38,000 bases of DNA from Nemertoderma westbladi (taxonomy: Eukaryota; Animalia; Xenacoelomorpha). A program made the translations under genes and the position numbers. The notes below the pieces were generated by a model. It searched no databases. It was not told the DNA's origin and worked only from the letters and a program-made list of their open reading frames with translations. Shown here one piece after another: positions 1 to 11,030 of the stretch; the first letter of the stretch is position 1, and each line of letters starts with the position of its first letter. Where the stretch lies: contig JAUCBJ010004746.1 of NCBI GenBank assembly GCA_032718475.1, forward strand, positions 1 to 38,000, in the 5' to 3' direction.

Positions 1-111
1 CCCCCCGTCCCGTACGTCTGAGTTTAACTTACTGTAATGCTTCACGCTGCATATAATTTAATTTATTCTTCAACCAAAATGTAATCATTTTTTTCAGTTT
101 AACGATGGACA

Positions 112-952
112 ATGGCGACGTCTATATACGACATTCAGATAATTCCAACCACAAACGAGGTAGTTTATGTGTCCGACTATAATGGACCTGCTATCGTCGA
201 CTCATCCACTCTCTATTGGCTGCACGCACTGTCAAAGGGAGCCTCGGAAGGTTTCTATAGATTGGCCGTTTCAGACAACGGTAAGCGCATAGCGTCGAGT
301 AGTTTCCGAGGTACGGTAACCATATGGTACCTCGAAGAGAAGCGATGGAACATCCGATTCGAGATTTCAGTAGCCGGTACCGTGTGGTACGGACTACAGT
401 TCCATCCAATCGACCCCGATGTTCTGTGTGCCTGCGGGAATGGAGGAATAATCTCTGAAATAGTTATAAACGGTAATGATTACAAATGTACATCGTGGAA
501 AGGGCACTCTGACACGGTAAACGATATTCGATTCGAGTTTACTGGTTCACGATTGGCCAGCTGTTCGAACGATGGTACCGTAAAGGTTTGGTGTAGAAGA
601 ACTCAGGAGCTCATAACTGCGTACCGCGGTCATAATGAAGAGGTTTGGGGTTTATGTTGGAGTAGAGACGGTCAGTCGATATCGTCGATAGACTACGCTG
701 GTTTGATACATTGCTTCCGAGTCGATGATGCGAAGTTGTTATGGCAACAGGAAGGCACAGCGAGAAAGGTAGACTCCGAGGCACGAAGAATGGTCATGAG
801 CCCGGACGGTTCTAGAATTGCTGCTTTTGGTGAAGGGGGACTGATTTACATAATACGGGCTAGAACCGGTGAAGTTATCAACATAGTTAAAGGAAATGGA
901 AGTTATATATACGCGGCTGATTTCTTTTACGATAATTTACACATAATTACAG
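112..952 (+). CDS. Coding exon 1 of a WD40-Roc-COR-3xCARD Roco protein: N-terminal WD40 beta-propeller
   Basis: WD40 repeats are clear (KGHSDTVNDIRFEFTGSRLASCSNDGTVKVW; RGHNEEVWGLCWSRDGQSISS; LAVSDNGKRIASSSFRGTVTIW). Donor ACAG|GTATAC at 952/953 (phase 1). The ORF tail to 990 (ILEIIILYLLI) is intron read-through. An in-frame TAA at 100-102 supports ATG 112 as the start. Confidence 0.85.
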
Positions 953-1549
953 GTATACTGGAAATAATAATACTTTATTTACTCATTTAATCGAACATCA
1001 TATTAATAAATCTTTATTAAACGTCCAATAATACCTTGCGATTTAATAAATCAATATACAATTATTTAAAACGTCACATGGGTGGTGTTACTGTAGTCAA
1101 ATCCCATCTCAGCGAATTAATATATGCCTCAATGTTTTATTACCAATTTTGGAGAGGAGCTGGTTACAGTGGCACATTATTCTAACCAAAACAATAAACG
1201 AAAGTCAATAGAACAGCTTGCAGTTTTATTTTTGAGAGTAATGAGCTGTTATCATTCACGATGAGCTGTTATATGCGTCAATTCTCCCCCAGAAAGGGAT
1301 GAATTTTGATTGACCCCCCCCCCCCCCTCCCCCACCCACAACTGCAAATAATACAGTGCGAAAATGTAATTTAACTCACTTATTAAAATTAATCATGCTA
1401 AAACACTGTAAAGTAAGTATCATAGCTCAGTAATTTTAATTACTCTTTATTAGTTATAATAAAACAAGATTTATTTATCATGTTATAACATACATTTAAA
1501 AATTGAAACCAAAATGTTATGGTCTTATGTATTACTGTTATTATTTCAG
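953..1549 (+). other. GT-AG intron (597 bp, phase 1) of the Roco gene
   Basis: GT at 953; TTATTTCAG acceptor ending at 1549. Splicing keeps the frame and rebuilds a WD40 blade, HIITG-DEYGTIHLID. Confidence 0.82.
1105..1312. repeat. Dispersed repeat (probable non-autonomous DNA transposon fragment) inside the Roco intron
   Basis: Collinear similarity to 11031-11222 (gcgaattaatat..gcctcaatgtt..ggttacagtggcac..aaccaaa..caataaac..aatagaacag..cagttttatttttgagagtaat.agctgtt..ggatgaatttt). Shares the core GGAGCwGGTTACAG with the hairpin at 30911-31164. Confidence 0.7.
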
Positions 1550-4500
1550 GTGATGAATATGGGACCATACATTTAATTGATTCTCGTACTGAATTCTCTG
1601 ACCGCGAGGTTTTTATGAATAATGATATTACCAAGGTGGAAAGTATAATAGATTCGGCAAAGGAGTGGAAGAAAATTGTTACTTATATTGGAAACATTGG
1701 TCCTATTCAGGAACACAATCAACGGAAGATCAATCGATTAATTAAATCTGCTGTTGTATCTCTACCTAAGAAACATAGAGAATTTTACTTTCGATTAGAT
1801 GGAGATATTCTTGAATTAACAACTGAAAACTTGAATAGTATTTGGAGTGTGAGTGCGTCAGCAACGTTAGCAATTGTAGAATATTTGAAGGATTTGGGGC
1901 TGGTAATTTCATCAGCCCCTAATGTTGTGAAATTGCCTATAATTTTAATGAGGTATATAAGAGCTCAACGAATTCCTACAGAAATATTGGCGCGAGGTAC
2001 AGAAGCACTGACGGCTTATAACACCGCCCTTTCTAAAGGTACAACATGGATATTGAAAACTAGACTAATGTTAGTGGGCCAGGAGAGGGCTGGAAAGACC
2101 AGCTTGAAAAAGGCCCTTATTGGTCAACCATTTGACGAAAAAGAGCCAATTACAATTGGTATTGATTCTGCAACGTGTGATATAAATACTGACAAAAATA
2201 CTGGTTGGTCTGAGTTACTAAAAAGTGACAAAATTGGGAAAGAGATTGACGTCGTCTTTGCAAAAGAGATTGCCAAAACCGTTTTAGAAAGTAGTCAACA
2301 TGAAGTTGGAAATACTGATGATGCTGAAAAGAGCCGCAGTGGTAGTATATCAGTTTCAGATACAAGGGGTAAGACGCCCAAAACGAACATTGTTGCTGAT
2401 CGTTTGAGGCGGATCTTTTCTATATTTCCTGGTGTAAAAAAGAAGGAAGAAACTGAAACTAAATCACCTATATCTGATAAAAGCAATGTCGAACAAGATA
2501 ACAGTTATTCTGCACGTCCGAGGCACGATAGTATGGCAGAGGAAATTCCCGATGACATCAGCAAAAGTGTGGAAGAGTTTCTTTTGTCTGGGAAACCTCA
2601 GGATGTTTTGGCAAAATTTAATGAGGATGATAGTCGGTTTTCTTTACAGATAGTCGATTTTGGTGGTCAGTGTATTTATTACACGACACATCAAATATTT
2701 TTGAGTAGAAGAGCTATTTACATCGTTGTTTTTAATCTGACAAAGGATCTTAAGGAACCTGCGGAAATTATGGTGAGAGCAGATGACGAAAATATCCACA
2801 AAGTCTATGGCATAATGAGAAACATAGACTTTATTGATTTTTGGTTCAGGAATATTTTCACATTCGCAAGTAAATTGGAAATTACCTCAGAAGCCATGGA
2901 AACACCAGTGTTTCTGGTTGGCACCAATAAGGGCAATCATAAATTTATGTCCAGTTTTGTGAAACGACAATTTAACGAGATATTAAGTTTTATTCAAGAA
3001 ATGCCTTACATCAGGCTTCTTAGAAATCATTTTGGAGTCGAAAATAATACGGATTTGAGGTCATCAAGTGACAACGAAATTGAAACGTTACGGACAGAAA
3101 TTGTAAAAGAAATGGTGAAATTTAAGGAGGAAATTCCCTTACAATATCTTAAATTTGAACAAATTGTATCTAAATTATTGAGGAGCGATATTGTTTATAT
3201 TGATATTGTGAAATTAACTGATATATTGTGGGAAAATAATGTGGAATTTGACCACAAAGGTTTGAAAACCATGTTGAACTTCTATCACGATTTAGGTACA
3301 ATAATTTATTTTGATGATGAATCGTTAAGAGACACAATTATATTAAGCCAAGAATGGTTGAGTAGCATGTTTACAAGAATAATCACAGTTAAGGATGAAA
3401 TACAACCAAAACATTTTAACTTTTGGAAGCATCTTGATGACAAAGGTATACTACACCGAGAACTTATCGATTATATATGGAGGGATATTACAGATCCAGC
3501 AAAGATATCGTATATGTTAAATATACTGGAACGGTTTGATTTGTTGTGTGAAAGAATACCTACTTCGACCCCCAAATCATCAGCAGACTCTTCAACAATT
3601 CCCATGTTATCATACTACGTCCCTTGTAGACTTAAACCTTGTGATGTAACTAATGGTTTCCCGTCAGCTGATAATGATATTCAGTTTTACATAATATTTG
3701 ATGGATTTCTCCCAGACAGTTTTTACTTTAAATTGGTAAAACAAACTATTAAATGGTGTTATGAAAATGGTGATCGGAAAATTGAACCGAAATTGTTTCA
3801 TCGATTTTCTCAAATATGTTTGGATGAGGATCACGAAATTATCATTGAAAAATCTCCTCAGCATCTGTATAGGATCAAAATACAAATTAGAAGGTTTACA
3901 TCCAAGAGAGAACACGATAGTGTAAATATTCCCGGACCTGAGCGGGATATAGCAACCCGGTTTAGAAAACATTTAACTGAATCTTTGAATAATTTTGTTA
4001 ATAATAAGTGTAATAATATCGGGTTTGAGTTGAAAGTTAGTTGTCCATCTGCAATCGTTTGCGAAGCTCATGGTATACTGGGATGTGGCAATGAAACTTG
4101 TTTCCATTTCCTAAGTTTGGAATCTTGTCTGAAAAATGATGTAGTTGTTTGTGACAAGTGCCGTGAAAAAATAAAAACATTAGGTTTCCAAAACTGGTTT
4201 GTAGATACGAATTTGTCTCCCGCAATTGAAACATTCCACCAAACTAAACTTTCCAATCTACAGCATAGACTAGCTGAGGATATGGTCATTGGTCAACTAT
4301 TAATATATCTTCAAAGCAAATCGGTCCTAAATTTATCTAACGTTGAAACTATTAACTCCAAAACAACAACACTAGAGAAAAACAATAGTCTCATTGATCA
4401 CATCAAAGGTCGACCATATAGAGAGTTTCTTATTTTCTGCGAAGGATTGAAAGAGACCAATCAGAGACATTTATGTGAACTTTTCGTTTTTCTAGAGAAT

Positions 4501-5082
4501 TCGAAAACAGAGCTCAAATTCGACAGACAACATCAATATATGCTGACAAAACTTCAATACGAATTGGCAAAGAATATTGAGCTAGACGAATTACTTATCT
4601 CTTTGGAAAAACAATTTGTTGTCAATAAATATGTATCCGCTTTTATTAAGTCTAAGGCGACTTATATTGACAGGAACAGTGAACTTATAAACTACATTAA
4701 AAGACGCCCATATCGAGACTTTGAAATATTTTGTGAAACATTGAAGGAAACAAACCAAAAACATTTGGCAGATCTTTTCTTGTTTTTAGAAGATACAGGA
4801 TCAGAAATCAAATTTGATCGACACCAACACAAGATTTTACTCACAGAGAACCAATACAAATTAGCGTCAGAAATGGTTCTCCCTCAACTAATTGTTTTTC
4901 TTCAAGGTAAATTTGTTTTAAACGAATATGTTATTGAGAATATTAAATCGAAGGCAACTGGTACAGAACAAAATAATGAACTTATTGAGCAACTCAAGAA
5001 GCGACCTTATAGTGACTTCAAGATATTCCGAGAAGGTTTAATAGAAACCAACCAACGACATTTAGAAATACAGCTACATTAG
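1550..5082 (+). CDS. Coding exon 2 of the Roco protein: end of WD40, death-domain-like region, Roc GTPase, COR, Cys-rich segment and three tandem CARD-like domains
   Basis: Roc P-loop RLMLVGQERAGKTSL (GQERAGKTS at 2077-2103), switch I TIGID, G3 IVDFGGQCIYYTTHQIFLSRRAIYIVVFNL (DFGGQ 2656-2670), G4-like VFLVGTNKG. COR motifs EIPLQYL, LNFYHDLGTIIYF, IILSQEWL, LERFDLLC, YYVPCRL. Three ~98-aa C-terminal repeats (L..LQSK.VLN....E.I.SK.T..E.N..LI..IK.RPY..F.IFCE.LKETNQ.HL) fit the CARD pattern. Confidence 0.88.
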
Positions 5083-5339
5083 TAATCCTTTGCTTAAGTT
5101 TTTCACGATTTAGGCGCAACTTATTATCTCCCATACCGGGCTATCACAGAACACAAGCACTGACATATTACTCCAAAAGTGGAAGAGGCCATATAACTTA
5201 TATACCCTTACTTGGTGGATATATTGTTTGGATACTATACTACACATACGGCTGGCTAGTTCAAGCAGACATAACTATTTTGGGAATCCATAAGTGTTGA
5301 AGATAAATGGATGAAGAGTAACTGATGAAGATTGATTGA

Positions 5340-6450
5340 TACAAATAAACTAAATTATGATAAACCGATGAAGGGCAATAGATAAAGATAAACCGATGAA
5401 GGGCAATAGATAAAGATAAACTGATTAAGAGCAATTGCTAAAGATAAACTGATGATGATAAATTTGTGAAGGAGAAACTCATGATGAATTGATAAAGATA
5501 AACTGATGAAGAGCAATTGCTAAAGATAAACTGATGAAGAGCAATTGCTAAAGATAAACTGATGAAGAGCAATTGCTAAAGATAAACTGATGATGATAAA
5601 TTTGTGAAGGAGAAACTCATGATGAATTACTAAAGATAAACTGATGATGATAAATTTGTGAAGGAGAAACTCATGATGAATTGATAAAGATAAACTGATG
5701 AAGAGCAATTGATAAAGATAAACTGATGATGATAAATTTGTGAAGGAGAAACTCATGATGAATTGATAAAGATAAACTGATGAAGAGCAATTGATAAAGA
5801 TAAACTGATGAAGAGCAATTGATAAAGATAAACTGATGATGATAAATTTGTGAAGGAGAAACTCATGATGAATTGATAAAGATAAACTGATGATGATAAA
5901 TTTGTGAAGGAGAAACTCATGATGAATTGATAAAGATAAACTGATGATGATAAATTTGTGAAGGAGAAACTCATGATGAATTGATAAAGATAAACTGATG
6001 AAGAGCAATTGATAAAGATAAACTGATCATGATAAATTTGTGAAGGAGAAACTCATGATGAATTGATAAAGATAAACTGATGATGATAAATTTGTGAAAG
6101 AGAAACTCATGATGAAATGCTAAAGATAAACTGATGATGATAAATTTGTGAAGGAGAAACTCATGATGAATTGCTAAAGATAAACTGATGATGATAAATC
6201 TGTGAAGGAGAAACTCATGATGAATTGATAAATATAAACTGATGAAGAGCAATTGCTAAAGATAATCTGATGATGATAAATTTGTGAAGGAGAAACTCAT
6301 GATGAATTGCTAAAGATAAACTGATGATGATAAATTTGTGAAGGAGAAACTCATGATGAATTGCTAAAGATAAACTGATGATGATAAATTTGTGAAGGAG
6401 AAACTCATGATGAATTGATAAACTAATAAAGAAGATAAACTGATGAAGAG
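5340..6450. repeat. Mosaic minisatellite of related 28-bp and 54-bp units
   Basis: Unit A GATAAAGATAAACTGATGAAGAGCAATT (28 bp) and unit B GATAAAGATAAACTGATGATGATAAATTTGTGAAGGAGAAACTCATGATGAATT (54 bp) are interspersed, about 25 units. Confidence 0.95.
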
Positions 6451-8737
6451 AAACTGTTGAATATCAACAAACTAAACTAAGTTTACAATATTACATAAGG
6501 AATTTTTTTCGAAAAGTAAATAATATTTTCAATTGTTTAATAATATAGAACTTTATATGGTGGGTGGGAATCAAGTAGCGCCCAAGGAGCAGTAGATACA
6601 CTGTTGAGAGAAGAAATGCAACTTCAGACTGCCGTTAAATATAATAGAGTGAAAATGACTAGGTCGAGTTGGACGCAGTTGTAATAAAAAAGCCCTTTAC
6701 AGGTAGTTAGTAGTTAGTAATACAACTTTTTCATTGTTAAATGTGTTGGTGTTATGTTGTGATTTTTTACCACACAATGCGCGAAGTTTCTTTTTTACCC
6801 TCAACGATACTCCAAGTCGTAAACTAGCACAGTAGCACACGGCAAAATTACAGACGTCGTCTCTATTACAGCCTATATTTTAAATCACCTCGCCCTGTAG
6901 TAATCGTATAAAGTGCTGGATTATAATACTTGAAGTAAACGTTATATACCGATGTAATAAGTCCCTGACAATCATTTATACCACAACCACTTATAAATAC
7001 TTAATTGTTACTGATAAATTAATATATTGAATTGACTGTAAATAATTACTGTTATTGTATTTTTACATTTTCCACAATTTTCAGACAACAAATTAATAGC
7101 TAACGCGCATTTTACGTACTGGTAATTAATTATAATATTTTAACATAAAACCATAAATACAGGAAAATTATTGTTATTCGATAAAAAAATGTATTGAAAA
7201 AAATTCAACATAAGAGAACTAGAATAATATCTGATTTTAATTTAGGCAAATTGCAACTAATAAAAATGAATTATTTTATAATGTTGCCATGAAAAATCCA
7301 TGTCGCTAAGGACATATATTTCATTTAAACTATTTCTGTAAAACTATTTGAATTTTTTCTAGGTTATCCCCCACGACCTAGCTTCCCTTGATTGTAAATA
7401 AATAAATAATATAGACCTAAGTAACACCAATATATCTCAACTAATTTAGCTCATCTTATATTTGACATTGACTTTTAGAGCAAAATAATTATTTAAATAA
7501 ATAAGAAGTAACAACGTTGGCTAGACTACGTTGTACTCCTTGGTAACCAGTAACGACACAGTAAAGTATTACCTATCGGCTCCAGTCCAGCAGTAATATC
7601 AATATCTATTATGCTCGCAATTACAATTTACTGTAGTACAACTCACAACGAATTATTTTATATTTTATGGGTAGATTTTCCCGACCTCGTCTCTATTATG
7701 TAGAGAATCTCAGATTAAGGAACATAACAAATACAAAAATTACCATCTCCCGGTCAATAAAGAAAACAGATCTGAGAAAAAAACACAGGTCAAATAATAA
7801 TTAAAAAAAAAGTAGAAAATAAAGACTTTGCGAACTTACATAGAGTATATACGGTACTTCGGTAGGTTACCGTATGTTCCATTAATTAGTTTCTAACTAT
7901 ATAATAAATCAAATAACTAAAAAGTAATTTGTATCAGGGCAATATTACTATAGCATGATATTTAGTTACTCAGGTAAATAATTAATTGTGACTAATTAAG
8001 TAAAAATCCAAAATGAAATTCTATTAATATTTAATACCAGAAAGTTTGAAACTCGACAACTGGAATATCATTTTGGTACTAAAGAGAGACATAGACTACA
8101 AAATATAGCATAGTAATAGACTAGTCTTATAAACACAACCTTTATCTAACAACAAACGATCCGTACTGCACACATAAACATCAGTATCAGTAATAGGAAC
8201 ACTTTAATTGGATTACTACAATTAATACACATCCCATCATCGGTGACTCGCTGTACAACTATTTAGGTTTATCAATTGATATAAATTAGATACAAATAAA
8301 ACTCGACGATATTTACCTCAACAGTAACTTTCTACTTCACGGTTTAAAACTCCTCTATGAGGGTCTGGTTATTATATTGATCGGATAAAAATAGTCACAT
8401 AGAGAGGCGTCTTACTGATATTGCGAACAAGTTTATTTATTTACACAGCCCGGGAAGCGCATGGGGTGTTGGTCGGGTCAGGATAGCGTAACGAATTACC
8501 TTGTCGTGTATTTTTTCCTATCGAATTTCTAATCGCATCACTTAATAAATACCTTAATCGCTTAATGGAATTAATAATCGCGAAATTAAGTTCCATTTCT
8601 CCCGAAGCAGCTCCCCAAAAATTATGTTTAACTTTTAACACTTGTGTCCCGGGGTTGTGTATCCCAGGGTACGTTAGTGTACAGTGGAGTTAGTGTGGTT
8701 GCTCCAGTAACTGGGAGATTAAGTTAGTTCCAGAGGT

Positions 8738-9601
8738 TTACCCCGGTTGCCCGGGTAACTGCGAGACAGAGTAGGTTAGTTCGAGAGGTTTACCCCTGTT
8801 TCCCCAGTACAGATCAGCGGCGATCTCCAGACTGTTGTCCGACTCCAGGTAGGTCGTGGTACCGTCGCACTGCACCACGAACTCGGTGTGGATGTCGGGA
8901 CTGAGCCCCTTGTGGAGGAAGTGGGAGAGATGGTTGATGGTGGCGGAGGAAGGCAGACGCAGATAACGCTTACTGCCGTCTGATTGGTTGATTAGAATCA
9001 TATCCATGGGAACGTTGGATTTTCTTTGGTTTCCGTTGTTGGAAGTTCCGCCTTCCATATCGGAATCGTCCCGGGTTTTATAGCTGGACCGATCGCTACT
9101 TGCGTCGTCGTCAAGGCTGGCGGCGTGTCGCTTGCGTTTACCGCTCTGTTTGAGCGCGAGGCCGGCTGGGTTGAACGGCGTGGCTGTGAGCGGCTTCGCG
9201 CTACACTGCGCGAGAAGCAGCGCAGAGTGTCGCTCGAACTCCTCTTTGTTGGGGTAAATCATGGCAACGAGTTCGTCGAAGTTGGGATCGTGTCGGAGAC
9301 ATCGCTTAGATACGAGTTTAGTGCGACACGTTGGGCATTCCTTGTTGCCGCTTCGTAACGCCGTTGTTATACAGTCCTGGCAGAAACGATGCAGACAGTC
9401 CTTAGTCGTCATTGTCTTTGTGAGAAGGTCCAGACATATTGGGCACATTACCTCGGAGTGCAGGAATCTCGGGGTTATAGTGATCTCGGTTCCGTCTCGC
9501 AACGGTTCCTGGGCCCGTCTGTGTTGGTCGTATAAACTCAGTTCCCATTGGGAGTTTCTCTCCTCCGGCCCTGTGGGGGAGGCCACGCCGCTGCTACTCA
9601 T
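8738..9601 (-). CDS. RNF2: E3 ubiquitin-protein ligase RING1/RING2 (PRC1 catalytic subunit, Sce orthologue), intronless CDS, 287 aa
   Basis: [10 protein letters not shown]...[69 protein letters not shown] closely matches the RING1/RNF2 C3HC4 region. The C-terminus is RAWUL-like ([18 protein letters not shown]...[13 protein letters not shown]). Confidence 0.95.
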   Translation of the reverse strand: MSSSGVASPTGPEERNSQWELSLYDQHRRAQEPLRDGTEITITPRFLHSEVMCPICLDLLTKTMTTKDCLHRFCQDCITTALRSGNKECPTCRTKLVSKRCLRHDPNFDELVAMIYPNKEEFERHSALLLAQCSAKPLTATPFNPAGLALKQSGKRKRHAASLDDDASSDRSSYKTRDDSDMEGGTSNNGNQRKSNVPMDMILINQSDGSKRYLRLPSSATINHLSHFLHKGLSPDIHTEFVVQCDGTTTYLESDNSLEIAADLYWGNRGKPLELTYSVSQLPGQPG

Positions 9602-9877
9602 TGTTTACTCAAATCGGAAATCGGTTCCTCTGCTACACCGGGTACCGCGTACCGGTAGGCCTAAGCTAATCAAAGCACTGGTCAGCTGGTCACTAAACTG
9701 CACTATCACTAGAGCTAGAAGCCTAGAGAACTAGGCATATGTCTTATAAATTTGTTCAGCTACCGGTACTCTGGTGCTTTGAAATTGATGCATACTGGCA
9801 TAGGCCTAATTAACATAAAAAAAACTTTTGTGTGTGTGGGATGTACCGCTAAGTCAGACTCAAACGCGTTTGAACGC

Positions 9878-10520
9878 GGTACCTACGTACTAAAAGGTAG
9901 AACGATCTATAACGGGCTAGCCTTATAACGATCTATAACGGGCTATAACTTCCTATAAACAAGCTATAACCACCTATAACGAGCTATAATATGAAAATTT
10001 ACATTAAAAATACGCCCCTTGGGTGTGTTTAACTTTTGGATTAACAGGGTGGTCTGAAAAATACCGCAGGTTAAAAATTAGCAGATTAGGGTGGGCCTAT
10101 CTGCCTATGCCTAATTGATACTGGTAAGTTTTTTTATTGGCCTATATTGCTCACTATTCCTGTATTCTATATCGACCAGAAGCTGACAGCGGATAGCAGG
10201 ATGGAGGATAGACAGAGAGATGGGAGACCTCTCCACTGCTGCACTGTCTGATAGTCAGATAATGCAGTAGTGGCATGCTGACTAATGCAGTAATGACTGA
10301 TTTCGTGATACCACAAATATGAAAGCATTATGGACTAAAAAACCAAATTGCGTAATTAAATTACTGACTAGGAAAATAAATCCATTCTAAAATAGGTTTT
10401 TTTATTGTAAATTTTCAGATTATAGCTCGTTATAGGTGGTTATAGCTTGTTATAGGAAGTTATAGCCCGTTATAGATCGTTATAGCCCGTTATAGATCGT
10501 TCTACCTTTTAGTACGTACC
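9878..10520. mobile_element. Foldback/Mutator-like MITE with ~125-bp terminal inverted repeats (TIRs) built of 10-bp subrepeats
   Basis: Left arm (GGTACC)TACGTACTAAAAGGTAGAACGATCTATAACGGGC... is the reverse complement of the right arm ...GCCCGTTATAGATCGTTCTACCTTTTAGTACGTACC. The 9-mer TTTGAACGC lies at 9869-9877 and again at 10527-10535, after a 6-bp extra TTTGAA. Confidence 0.85.
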
Positions 10521-10915
10521 TTTGAATTTGAACGCTCAAACGTGTTTTGTTGTGTCGTACACAACACACCTATTTTGCTATTTTAGTACTGTGGCTGGGG
10601 TGTGCTTTAATCCATGGCTGTATTAACAGGGACAGCACTTGTCTATTTAAAGATATCGTTTTACCGCCATCTATTTTTTTCAGTCACTCTCTTAACAGAT
10701 CATTTTCTATTATCATGCATTATTTTCGTAAAATGGCTATTATTATATCTGTTTCTGTGCAGTGCATTCATATTAACTTATGGTCTATATATTACAAACA
10801 TACATGGTTAACACATACATATATATGGTTAATAACACAGACAGTCTGGTAGCAGGGTACCGTACTGCCGACTGCCGACTGCCGTATGAACAGGACTATT
10901 TTTCATTTATTGTCA

Positions 10916-11020
10916 GCGGAAAACACCACTTTGTCCACTTTTTGAACTCATTTTCAGTTTAGCGAAATTCGACTATTCTATCCGAGTGGTTGAGTTTTAC
11001 ACGAGTTGGCAGGTTTTTAT
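10916..11020. repeat. Partial copy of the MITE at 13665-13912
   Basis: Shares GCGGAAAACACC..ACTCATTTTCA..CGAAATTC..TATTCT.TCCGAGTGGTTGAGTTTTACA.GAGTTGGCAGGTTTTTA with 13689-13783. Confidence 0.75.
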
Positions 11021-11030
11021 CCTGCGACAA

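Noticed and set aside
953-990. WD40 ORF as a stand-alone 292-aa gene with a hydrophobic tail
   Set aside because: The tail is AT-rich intron read-through after a good donor site; splicing completes the WD repeat.
1519-1549. ATG 1519 as start of a separate 1187-aa protein
   Set aside because: It lies in the intron just upstream of the acceptor; the sequence after 1550 is the second half of a WD blade.
5520-6252. Hydrophobic repetitive minus-strand ORFs (ISLSLSIHHEFLLHKF)
   Set aside because: Translations of the 28/54-bp minisatellite; the 28-bp units shift the frame.
6450-8700. Search for tRNA, ncRNA or extra exons between Roco and RNF2 (also 23800-26400)
   Set aside because: No cloverleaf, Pol III A/B boxes or coding-like composition were recognisable by eye; a covariance-model scan would be needed to exclude them.
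9026-9734. Plus-strand ORFs overlapping RNF2
   Set aside because: Antisense shadows of a GC-rich CDS with no recognisable motifs.
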